A stretch of 64,000 nt of DNA from Ministeria vibrans ATCC 50519. Lineage: Eukaryota > Protista > Filasterea. Numbering within the stretch: position 1 is the first letter of the stretch; each line of letters opens with the position of its first letter. Location: assembly GCA_943704425.1 (NCBI GenBank), contig CALSCP010002553.1, positions 45,243-109,242 on the forward strand, given 5' to 3'. A program made the position numbers and the translations under genes. Positions 40,762 to 56,009 of the stretch are shown here, one piece after another. A model generated the notes under the pieces. The model was given only the letters and a program-made list of their open reading frames with translations, had not been told where the DNA came from and ran no database searches.

Positions 40762-43700
40762 GGAGAAAGAAACAAAGTGATAGAGAGAAAGAGAGGAGGG
40801 AGAAAGATACAAAGTGATAGAGAGAGAGGAGGGAGAAAGATACAAAGTGATAGAGAGCGAGAGAGGAGGGAGAAAGAAACAAAGTGATAGAGAGAGAGAG
40901 AGGAGGGAGAAAGAGACAAAGTGATAGATAGAGAGAGAGGAAGAGAACAACACAAAAACAAAGGAGAAAGATGGCACAGTAATGAATTGTTTATGTGTGC
41001 AGTGGGAAATAAAATGGACATGGCGCAGAGTCGAGCGGTGACAGAGGCAATGGCGAGTGGGCTCTCGCAGGAACTGGGATTACCTGTGATGGAGGCTTCT
41101 GCGCAAGCGGACACGGGAGTCGACGAGGCGTTTTTGGCGCTAGCGCGACTGGCACTCAAGACAACCGGGGGGACGGGAGGCGTGGGGGTTGCGGGCGGTG
41201 GGGGAGACCTGGGGCGCAACCTGGGTGGTGCCACGGTGAACCTGGCGGCGCCCGTGCCCTCCACCTCCGATCCACCCAAGGGTGCATGTTGTTGAGTCTA
41301 CTTCTGTACATTACTACTAATATTAATTTTCCTGCATACTTTGATCGAGAGCCCAGCGTCGCTCTGGGATGATATTTTCCTTCCGTTTCCTTTGTGTAAT
41401 TCTCTCGCTTATCATTTTCAAATCAATCCCAATCTTTAGGTGCATTCAGCTCCTAATTTCCTTTACTAACTTAAACTGCGTCTCGCACGTTATTACAAAT
41501 ACGGTTTGAGAATGAGCGCAATGCTCTCTTCGAAGGAGCGCTCAGGCCAAACCTACACAGGGAAGTGAGCAGAGAAGGAATGGAAAGGGACTGGAGCATA
41601 CGGGGAAGTGAGTGGGGTGCAAGAGGGCCGCATGGGTGGCGTGCATGTCCAGCTGGGCGTCGCGGGGACGCAGCACAGTGCCAGTGGGAGCCTCCGGATT
41701 GGCGCCAATGTGGTCTGTGTGAACTCCCACCGCCGTACACATGCTCACCGCCATCTCGTACTTGGTCATGGGGCGCGAGCTATCAAAAAACACCGCGACA
41801 ACTGTCAATGTTGCAAGCATTCTTACACGAGTTGAGTATCGAACCTGCTACCGTGGAAGGTACCCGATGGCCGGAGAGTCGCCAGGCGAACGAGCACCTT
41901 GGCGACATCCTCGGTGCTGGTGGGGAAACGCACGGCGTAGTGGTCCATCACAGGCGCCTCTTGCGCGGCGGGGCCGTGTAGTGCGAGAAACAGACATGAG
42001 ACGGCACTCTCGTCGAGTCGCTCGACGGGACCGTACAAAATGGGAAGGCGCAGAATCGACGCAGGCGTTTCGTCGCCCATGATGGAGCGAAATGCGCGTT
42101 CCCCCGCGAGCTTGAGGCGTCCGTAGTCATTGAGCGGGTTGGGTGCGGCATCGGGCGTGTACGGCGGCTGCGTTCCGTCAAAGACGTAATCGGTGCTGAT
42201 GTACACCACATACGTGTTGCGTCTCTTCGCTTCGGTCGCAATCAGCGCAACGGAGCCGACGTTGATCGCCTCGGCAGCTTGCGGATCGGCTGCGGCAACG
42301 TCGGGGCGACGTTCTGCCGCTGAATGAATGATCACTTGAGGGTTGTGAGTGTCCAGAAGTGCCTTGACAGACTGCAGCCGTTGTCTTATTTAAAATTTTT
42401 CATGTCTCCTTTCTCACTTCGCCTTACCGCATCATCAGTAAGGTCGCACTTGACAATACCCTTCTCTTCGTTGGGTCGGCTCAGTGCGGTGCCCACCACA
42501 TTCCATAGTCCCGTCCTACGAGAACAACAATTATTATTAGCAATTGTCCAGTTTTTTCGACCAGGCCATTCGAACGATTGGAACTCAGCAAACACAGCAC
42601 GCCCAAGAAACCCCGAAGCGCCAGTGATAACCACAGTTGGAAGGGGCATGTTTCAAAGCAATACAACAACAAGAACAAAAATTAAAAAATAATCAAACAA
42701 TAGCATTAGACAGATTAGTTCACCTCCCACGATTTTTCAATTTACACTTTAGGATAAGGACTCATAACTCATAAGGCGTTAATACTTAACTAATGTAAAA
42801 TGTTTGTAGAGCCACTCATCACATCACAATAATATAAAATTAGTATTACTTCCTCTTTCTGCGCGACTGCGCGTTCAATCTTTATTTGTAATAATAATTA
42901 TTATTATTATTATTAATTTTCAATCACTCGTCGTCGGAATTTTGAGCCTTTTGTTTGTTTCTCAGCTCGGCAACAAGTGCGCCCATTCCGACACCAGCAG
43001 GCACTGGTGCTCGTGAAAAACGTTTCTTTTTATCTGAGGGAGGGGTTGTGCGCAGCACGCTGATGGTTGCGTCGAGGTTTCCACCAGACGCGTACTGTTG
43101 CTTGCCAATGGCCTCCACCGCGATCTCGTCATCCATATCAGCAAAGTCTCTGCTGGGCGCGAGTGCTACAGTTGTTGCGGATTGATGGTTCTTCGCAGCA
43201 GCCTTAAGCGCAAGATTTTCCGCCAACAAATCCGCATAGGCAGCACGCTCCGTCACCGCCTCGTATCGCATCGTCTCCATGGCACGTGAGTACACCGTCA
43301 GTCGTGCGCGCAGTTCATCAAGATTGAGAGTGGATGTGTCAGTGCCCTCGAGGTTCTTGTCCGAGCCCGTCGTCTCATGCGAGCTCGACGCGCTCGAGTC
43401 CAGCAGCGAGTCGTCGAGTTGTTGTGGTGGAACCAACGCTGCGGGAACGACGCGAAACCAAATTGTTGACATGACTCCGTGAACGGGAGACACGTAGCGC
43501 AGTTGGTACACGCCAGCGGCGGCAAAATAGAAACTTTTCAGACCCATCAGTCGGCTGAACACCACATCGACGCTCACGCCTGACTCTGACACTGGGACAT
43601 AGCCACACACCAGATATCTGCGAATATTAACAACGGCTGGGTTTAGTGCTCTTGAACTAATAACAGCCGTATGAAAGGTCAATCTTGCGAAGATATCCTT

Positions 43701-46700
43701 CGCGAAGTGTCTTGGCAGAATCGTAAAAAATATTAAAAAAACCGGGAATTTTTTGGGTCGACGGACGGAAGAAAATAAAAGGGCAAGTCGACTTCTGCAC
43801 AACAACGAAATGATTCTTACTCTGCGTCAGTCTGTGCATCCTGATCATACACGCCCACCCAGTCGTTCTTTGTGGGCTCGAAATCGCCTGTGCGCGACAC
43901 ACTCACTCGGCGGAAGGGCGAATTGAGGGTGGCAGGGCCGTCGGGGAATTGAAACGCCACCACGACAGCCTCGCTGTCGAAGCTGCTGACGCTCGGGCGA
44001 CTGTTGCTTGCTGCACTCTCGTCACTGTTGGAAGTTGTCAATTTGCTCATGGTCGCGATGTAACGAATGACGACAAAAAACTGAATTAATTTTGAATATA
44101 TTTTATTAAAATGAATAATACTTTAAATGGATAATACAGCTGCCTGAGTTCAACTAGGCATTTTCATATAAATCAACGACGCAATGAAGCGTTGAGACGA
44201 CTTATAGTCGCAGAGAGGCGATCCTGAGAAGCAGAGAGGGACGCAAGGACAGCGCGAGAGTCGGAAACACGGGTGGACGTCGCCAAGTGGGGGCGAGTGT
44301 CGGAAGCGGTTGTTCTGAGGGTGCGTGCGGATGCGGACGCCGCAGAAAGAAGAGCACGGCGAGAGGTATGACGGCGCCGAACAGAAGAGGAATGTGCCGA
44401 GGTACGCGGTTCGTAGACACTGTCGACAAGCGAGGCTGACTCTTTCGGAACTGCAGCAACAGACAGACGTGCGGAGGTAGGAGCAGGGGCGGAGACAGAA
44501 GCGGGCTCGGCGGCGGCGGCACGGATGCGATCGGTGACAGCCGCAGTGGTAGCCATGCTATACAAATGACGGAGCTCACTTGCACGCACAAAAAAGACAG
44601 GATCCGACTCGGAGCCGATGCTCGTTGAGTTGGCACTTGGCATTGCACTTGGCATTGCACTGGGTGTTGGTTGGCGAGGGACAGTGGATGGTCGAGATTG
44701 GTATACGGGAGGACGAACATACGAGGCAAACTGACGAGGATGTGCGGCGTGAGGGTCGGGCCAGGTGGGAGCGGCAGACGACGAGAGAAGGGACGACTGG
44801 CGTGAGAGCGACACAGCGGAAGGTGCACGGTGGGAGTGCGTCGACGATGATGTTCGCGTCAGAAACGACAGACCACCTCTGCTGCGCGAACGCGTGCTGT
44901 TGAGTGCGTCGCGCGATAAAGGACCGTCGTCATGCACCACACGTGTCCCATCATCACCTTTCGCACCTTCCTGCTCGTCCAGCAACAGCTGTTGTGCTTC
45001 CAGATGCTTCACAAGCTCATTGTGTAGCTCTCGTTCACGCTCAAACTCCAGCTGTCGCTCTCGTTCCTCCTCGCTCGCGGTGCTCGAGATTGTTGCAATG
45101 GGTTCTTTCCTTGTGGCGGCGGCGGCGGCGGTGGTGGTGGTAATGGGCGAGTTTGCGCGAACGGCCACAGGAGGTCGCTTGTCGCTGCTGGATGTTGGCC
45201 GAGATGGCGACGGAGACCTCAGCGATGGCTTGCGCGATGCCTCGTTAGCTGTCTCTTGAGCAACCCCTTCCAGGTCGTGTCCATCGTCGTTGTTGCGTCG
45301 CTTGCGCCCACCTCTGCTGGCGGGTCGTCGTCGAGGTGTGCCGCCCACCTCAACGAGACGTGCCTCTTCGTCGTCCTCGTCGGCATTCTTCACCAGAACC
45401 GCATCGGTGTCGTCGTTGTCGTCGTCGTCCTCGCTGTCGCCGCGGTGGCCCATTGACGACACCCGCTCAAAGGCTCGACGAGCGTGTTTGTGATCAAGCA
45501 GCTGTTGCTGCTCAAGGAACTCCTGCTCGAACCGATGGTACACCTGCAGCTCCTCGATCTCCGTTGTCTTGGCCACTCGCCGTCGCAGGTCGCGCGGGTC
45601 CATTTTTATGTGCGTCTGGTCGTTGTGGCTGCGCGTACATTCACAAAGCGACACAGTCAGTATTATCAGATGAATTTTCAAAAAAACAAAGAAAAAAGAC
45701 GACCAAGAGGGTTGACGGCGTACTCGATGAAGTACACGCCGTACTCGGGATCATCGACCTTCTCCCAGCCATACGGCAGATCCTGCGGCCGTCGTGGGTA
45801 CTCGGGGTTGTCTCTCGGATCGATCCACGTCGTCTGGCGCGTCTTCTTGCTGTGCGTTTCAAAAACAGACAATTGAAAACCCCAAACGAAACTATTAGAG
45901 CAGCGCTAAAGATCTCGCGGACGTACTTTGCATAGCTGACTCGATTATCTTTGTCTCGCCGTTCGAACCAGCCTTCGGGAAGAGGCAAGATCTTCCAGCA
46001 GGGCAGATCAACGGCGCCTGTGTCGTCGCGCTGCTTTCCCTTCTCCTTCTTCTTCCCACGAATCATTCAAAGCCAACACAAGTAAATAGCGTGTCAGGAA
46101 GTCGTTGACAAATAAAAAAGATGTCCAGAGTTCAGTCAGCTCAATGAGTTGTGAGTGAGTAAATAATTTTATTCTTTTTTTCAAGTTTGAAACAAACTCC
46201 AGTGATGCTGTTGAATCTCATTGCCCTAACATGTCTGGTGGCGCTGGTCGGAGCAGACGATACTGCTGCGGAGTTGCTGAAACAGTGAGTTGAAAGGGTT
46301 TTGTCGTTGTCGTATGTCGTTGCGGTTTTCTGACTGTCTCGGTGTGTTCGCTGCAGCCATGCGCTCGACGAGGGGTTCGACGTCAGCCACCCGTTCCTCA
46401 ACACGCTTTTCAACTTGCACGTAAGAAGCAGCGCGATTGGTGGGCGTGAGCCTGAGGGAGTGGCCGTTTGCTGAGCGAGCGGCTGTCGCGTAGGATTTTG
46501 ACGGAGACGGCCACATTGCCATTTCCCAAGTGGTTGTTATGCTCGTGCCCACGCTGCACATGTCCGACGGCTACGAGCTGGACACCGAGACGGCGGCGGC
46601 CAAAGCCCTGTGGGAGGCAAAGCTCGAAAAGATCGACTCGGACAGCGACGGCTTTCTCACCCTTGCCGAGTTCCGGGCCATTGCGGAGGCACCGTCGCAG

Positions 46701-47027
46701 CACGTGGAGGATCTCCGTCAAGCGTACGTGGATGGACGGTTGCACGACGTTGTGACGGCGAAGGAGGCAAAGACGCCGCGCAAGACATCCTTCAACATGT
46801 TCGACGGCAACATGGATGGTCGTCTGACCGAGGAAGAGATTGCCGAAATCTACATTGAGGCGGCAGTGAATTCTGGAGCGGACCGTGATCGCGAGATCCA
46901 GGCACTCTCCTCCATGTTTCAGAAGAGCGATTCGAACCACGACGGCTTCCTGAACATGGCTGAGTTTAAGCATTCGCTGCTCGCAGCGGCAAACGGGGTT
47001 GGGCCGGCCATTGATCGTCATCAGTAG

Positions 47028-47105
<78 letters not shown>

Positions 47106-48195
47106 GAAAGAGAAGGAGAGAGAAGGAGAGAGAAGGAGAGGAGAAAGTGATAAGGAGAGACAGAGTGAGAAAGAGACAAAGCGGGAGAGAGAGATAGAGA
47201 GAGACAAAGTGATAGAGACAAAGTGGTAGGGAGAGAGTGTATGTGTATGTGTGTACACGTGCACGTAGAGAGGGATATCGAGAACAGAGCGGTAAAAAAG
47301 CGAGAGTGAAAAGAGTCTTGTTGTGTTTTATCCATTTCATTCAAGAAAGAAGGGTCTCTATATTTTATGATACATTTAGTTTTTGTTAGAGTGAGTGGAA
47401 ATGGCATCATTTCGTTTGGCCGAGCAATTTGGTCTTGCGGAGATTGTCAACAATCTCGGCCGAAGTGGCTGTGATAGTTGCTTCAATCGCATCACTCTCG
47501 TCACGCACCCGCTGAAGCGACGCACGCACCTGCAACCACAGAGTATCATATCAGGGTTCATCTTTCGCATACTGAGCTCACTCACCTGTTCACGGGCCGT
47601 CTGGAGAAGCTCCAAACACGCCTGCTCGCGCTGTCCGTCTGCTCAAATACAGTGCACACAAGTTGAGAGGTCGTCATTCTGTCACTCATATGCTCTGGTC
47701 ACACACATTCTCTCATATTCATGTGTTTTGTCATCGCATTCACTCCATTTGTCACTCATTCACTCTTTCAGGCAATAACACGTCCAAATACTCATTATAA
47801 ACGTCACTGAATAACAACGTATTATAACTATGACGGTCTACTTACAGTCTCCGACAAGAGACCGCTTCTGGTCCGTGATGGGCGGGCGTTTCACCAGCGC
47901 CGCAGCCATGCGCGATGTAGGCTCAGTAAACACCTGGAACATACGCAAAGACCGCATCAGTTACGTACAAACACACCCCTTTTCATTCCGTTACGATCTC
48001 ATTGTAGTGCTCGCTCACGAGACCACCTCGACGCAACTGGTACGTGAGTCCGTCCGGATACAATTTAAGGTGATGGTACAATGTGATGGTATGTTCCGTC
48101 GGATCAATGAAGTGCAGACGGATCGACACTTCAAACTCGCCCCAGCCACTGGCTGACACCTAAAGGGGCCGCACAGTAAAAACACTATCAATATA

Positions 48196-48243
<48 letters not shown>

Positions 48244-48998
48244 AGCGAAAAAAAATCACTGACGTTTTCCTTTGTATTCCGTCCTGTGTGCGTTTTCTCT
48301 GTCAGCGTGTCCCTCTACGACGACGATGATTTGCTCAAGTGGGACATTGGCATCTTCGGGCCTCCGAAAACGGTCTATGAAGGAGCGTACATGAAGGTAG
48401 AGAGCGCAGAAGACATCGCGTCTTATTTGCACCTGTACCGCGCCCACACATCCCCCGCGTGCTCTGTCCAGACATATGTGGCTGTGGGGGGGTGCTGTAT
48501 GCGCGACGGCGGCGGGATGGCTGTCCATCTTTTCCAGTCGACCAAAATGTTCCAAAGTGAACTTTCTGTGTGGGATGACTCGTCGCTGTCACAGTGTGTT
48601 TCGCGTCGAACGCACTGCTTTGCCTCTCGTATTCGTTTTTTTCTCCATGCCTGACTTGTGTGCAGTGCATGCGTGTGTTTTGTTGTTGTTGTTGTCCTTT
48701 TCCATATTTGATATGGCAGTGAGAAATCTTGTTTTTATTGACGCGCCTCTCTAAACTTTTGCTTCCTACTTTTTTGCAGGCTTGCATGCAATTCCCTAGC
48801 GACTATCCCTACAGCCCACCGAGCCTGGTGATGAAACCAGCAATATGGCACCCGAACGTGTACAACGAGGGCGAGCGTGCCGGCGAAGTGTGCATTTCTA
48901 TTCTGCATCCGCCCGGCGACGATCCCATGAGTGGCGAGCGCCCTGAAGAGCGTTGGAACCCTACCCAGACTGTGTGGTATGTTATTCGGTTCATTACC

Positions 48999-49045
<47 letters not shown>

Positions 49046-49550
49046 CTCATTGATGTGCTTTTGCGTGTGCAGTACAATAATGATGTCTGTGATTTCGCTG
49101 ATGAACGAGCCCAATCTGAGCTCACCGGCAAACGTGAGTGCGTCAGTCATGTATCGTGATAACCGCGATGCATACAATGAGAAGGTGCGCGCCGAAGTGA
49201 AGCAGTCGGCCGAACTGGCACACTCCAATGGTATTACAGTACCGCTCACTGTTGATGAGTATACCCAACGCTCACAGGTAGGGAGGAGAATGGCATTTTG
49301 AGAGTGCGTGATGGGCGGGGATGCAGTGTGGGTGGGTGAAAAGACAACCAACTGACACTCGTAACTCGGTTTCGTGTAGGCTGTGGTGAAGAACATGAAG
49401 GAGACGGAGTTTACGCTGGACGACCTCGATGACTATGGTGATGACTGTTATGACTGCAGTGACGACGATGACTACAGTGGCGACGAAGGCCTCTTTGATG
49501 ACGATGACGATGATGATGCGTGTGATGATGATGATGACGCCGACGAATAA
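40350..49550 (+). CDS. CDC34: Ubiquitin-conjugating enzyme Cdc34/UBE2R, split around a 7.7-kb intervening block
   Basis: 5' part (40350-40552) KTLARELADLMKRPQEGF joins in phase (AA|C) to exon 48306-48396 NVSLYDDDDLLKWDIGIFGPPKT. Then HPNVY..VCISILHPPGDDPMSGERPEERWNPTQTV (acidic loop insert) and an acidic C-terminal tail. Confidence 0.9.
41003..41295 (+). CDS. Rab-family GTPase, last exon only
   Basis: VGNKMD (G4), EASA (G5), GVDEAF and C-terminal CC prenylation motif. G1-G3 exons are absent upstream. Confidence 0.85.
41493..42649 (-). CDS. MAT2B: Methionine adenosyltransferase 2 beta / RmlD-like extended SDR
   Basis: VITGASGFLG, IIHSAAERRPD, YISTDYVFDG, PLNDYGRLK, LRLPILYG, RFPT, MTKYEMA, RPRDAQLD. 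Confidence 0.9.
42924..44050 (-). CDS. SKICH-domain plus coiled-coil protein
   Basis: Splicing out 43819-43615 gives NDWVGVYDQDAQTDAEYLVCGYVP..VDVVF..GVYQLRYV...WFRV (SKICH pattern DWIG.F/YQF.YV), then heptads. Confidence 0.7.
44173..46066 (-). CDS. Tandem-WW-domain protein with coiled coils
   Basis: Spliced LPEGWFERRDKDNRVSYANKKTRQTTWIDPR and [31 protein letters not shown]. Confidence 0.85.
46205..47027 (+). CDS. Secreted/luminal multi-EF-hand Ca-binding protein (CREC/MCFD2-like)
   Basis: Signal peptide MLLNLIALTCLVALVGA. EF loops DFDGDGHIAISQ, DSDSDGFLTLAE, DGNMDGRLTEEE, DSNHDGFLNMAE. Confidence 0.85.
47407..48159 (-). CDS. YEATS4: YEATS4/GAS41/Yaf9, 3' exons only
   Basis: VSASGWGEFEVSIRLHFIDPTEHTITLYHHLKLYP..LVSEHYNEI|VFTEPT plus a C-terminal coiled coil. 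Not in the ORF track. The first half of the YEATS domain is absent. Confidence 0.85.
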
Positions 49551-49734
49551 GATCTGGGCTAGCTTTAGCCTAGGGCGAACTTTTGTATGATACACAGAGA
49601 GAATGTCTTCAAAGATAAAAAAAATATCAACGCAAATAAGAATAATAATTATTATTAACAAACGATCAAGTTCCATATTTGTAATTTGACAAGTTATAAA
49701 ATTATTGAGTTTGTTTCCTATTCATATTATAAGT

Positions 49735-53500
<3,766 letters not shown>

Positions 53501-53597
53501 ACACACATTAATATAACTAAATTTTCTCTATTACTTCTTACCTTCTTTTAATTTGTATGATTTATTATTAATTAATAATTATTCAATCTTGTTCCCG

Positions 53598-55954
53598 ATG
53601 CTCCGAGTTGTCGTTGTGCTTTGGGGTGTTGTTGCGTCGACAGCCGTGTTTGCGGCGCCACTGGCAACGGACTGTTCGACAGTCAAATCGTGCTTTGGGA
53701 TTCTCGGCACTTCTTGCGGGTGGTGCTGGGACGACTCCTATACGCACGGCGAACGCCATGGTGCGATGAGTGGCTCCGCCGCAGGACCCAGTGGAGGGAC
53801 TTGCGATGACTGGACGTGGGTAAATCTTCACCAAGCGAGAGCAATCGGTCTCTGTGATGTAAACAAACATTCTCTCTCTCAAACAACAGTATTCTGGGTC
53901 GTGTCACTCGCACGTTGATTGCAATTCAACATTGGCGATCCCCACATGCCGATCGATACTGGGTACCAGCTGTGGCTGGTGCGCCGACGGCTCGACCAAG
54001 GCTGGCGGCCGTGGAATGCGCGGCACTGCGAGCGGACCCTCAGGCAGCGCACAATGCTCTTCCTCTGACTGGATTTGGTCGCATTCTTCGTGCAATGTTC
54101 AACCAGGTCCACAACAGATCCATCTCTCTTTCCCCGATGCCTACGGTATGTTTTTTCTTTTCTTCTTCTTCTTCTGTTGTTTTTGCTTTACTCTCCACTG
54201 CCAATATACTTATTACACCCTTAAAAATAGACAAGATGACTGTGACGTGGGCTGCGTCGACGAACGAGTCTTCTACTGTGACGTATGCACCTGACAGTGC
54301 CCCGACTCATCTTCGCACTGTTTCTGCGACGGTGACCGTCTTTGACGGCTCTGCAAATCCCGACGGTATAATGATATTATTATAATATTATTGTTTCATT
54401 CCTTATGAACATCATTTCAGGTGTGCACAATATCTACCGCGCCAACATGACGGGACTGGTTCCTGGAGCCAAGTACACGTACACGGTGCGCACGGGTGCC
54501 GTTGTCTCGGATGCTTTCACATTCACTGCCGTCCGCAACGACTCCAACTTTCTTCCTCGCGTTCTCGTTTTCGGTGACATGTACGGCACATTTCATAGGT
54601 GCTTGTATATTGTATTAATGTTGTATTCTTAAATTAAATTGTGCAGGGGACGTCACGGAGGTGGGTATGTGCTAGAGGACCTGAAGCGTGAGTTGGACGC
54701 AGGCACGGTGGACCTGATGATTCACAACGGCGATTTCGCGTACGCACACAGAGCGGGCAAGGGTTAGGGTTAGGGAGGAGAAGGAAAAAGAAACAAAGGG
54801 GAACAAAATCAAAGTGATGAGTGTGATCTCATCCCTTTGTTACCTTTGTATATACGCAGATATGACTTAAATTCGGACGGTGGTGAGAATGGCGATGCGT
54901 TCCTCAATCGCATTCAGCCCATTGCGGCGCGACTTCCCTACATGACGGGTACACAAATAAGACAATAACTACACATACACTGCGCATGTGTGAGTGTGTT
55001 TGCTTAGACTTTAATTGTTTTTAGCGGTGGGCAACCATGAGATTGAAGGCGGGGCCTTTGCAAATTACCGCAACCGCTTCAGTATGCCTCACGGCGAAGA
55101 CGCATCGTATCGCATGTGGTAAGGACTTTGGTGTGTGTGTGTGTGTTTCTCTCTTTCTTGCACACACATTCTCGCACGTTCGCTTTTATTTTTAGGTACT
55201 CGTTTGACTTTGGCAAGTTCCACTTCATTGCGTACTCGTCCGAAGTGTACTTTGCGCGCACACAGGACATTGACACGCAGAAGAAATGGCTCATTAACGA
55301 CCTTGCCCGCGCCAACCAGCAGCGCGAGCGCACGCCCTGGGTCGTTGCCTTTGCCCATCGCCCCAGTGAGAAGCACACTGTCCCCTCGCTCACTCACTCA
55401 CTCCCTTTTGTTAGTGTACTGTTCAAACGCGGATGGTGATGACTGCACTAAAGTGGGCAGTAAGGTACGTGCGGGGCTCGAGCAAGTCCTTCACGAGGGC
55501 GGTGTCGACGTCCGCTTTGAGGCTCATGAGCACAGGTATGCAGAGGACATGATAGTACACTGCTGAATCGCGTTGGATTTCCAGCTATGAGCGACTGTGG
55601 CCGACTTACAACGAAACAGTGATGGCGCACGACTACACCAACCCCAAAGCTATGACGGGAATTGTGACAGGCATGGCTGGCTGCAACGAGGGCAACGGGG
55701 CCTGCGTCAACCCCATTCTCAAGGCCGGAGTACGACGACGCTCTGCACTCACCCGCAATAATAAGTCGTTTCATCAATCTTTTCTATAGGGTCCTTGGTC
55801 TGCCTTCCGTTCGTCTCTCGAGGGCCAGTATTGCTACACACACTTGCATGCGTTCAACACGACACATCTATACGTTGACTCATTCATTTCGGAAGCCGAC
55901 GCGATCGAAGACAAGATCATCATTCGTCAAGACACTCACGGGCCTCGTCAATAA
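53598..55954 (+). CDS. Secreted purple acid phosphatase (ACP7-like) with two N-terminal PSI-like domains
   Basis: Signal peptide; 2x SCGWC..G...GPSG..C..W.W; PQQIHLS; metal motifs FGDMG, GDFAY, GNHE, AHRP and AHEH recovered across about 10 in-phase introns. Confidence 0.9.
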
Positions 55955-56009
55955 TAATATTTATTATTAATTAATAAAGTGATTATTTATTTAGATTCTA
56001 TTTTCTTTG

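Noticed and set aside
48198-48241. Poly-A tract as a retroposon tail
   Set aside because: The upstream sequence is intron-containing YEATS4 on the opposite strand, there is no target-site duplication, and A/T runs are common in these introns.
54760-54775. AGGGTTAGGGTTAGGG telomere-like repeat in an intron
   Set aside because: Only about 2.5 units in a purine-rich tract; too short to call an interstitial telomere.
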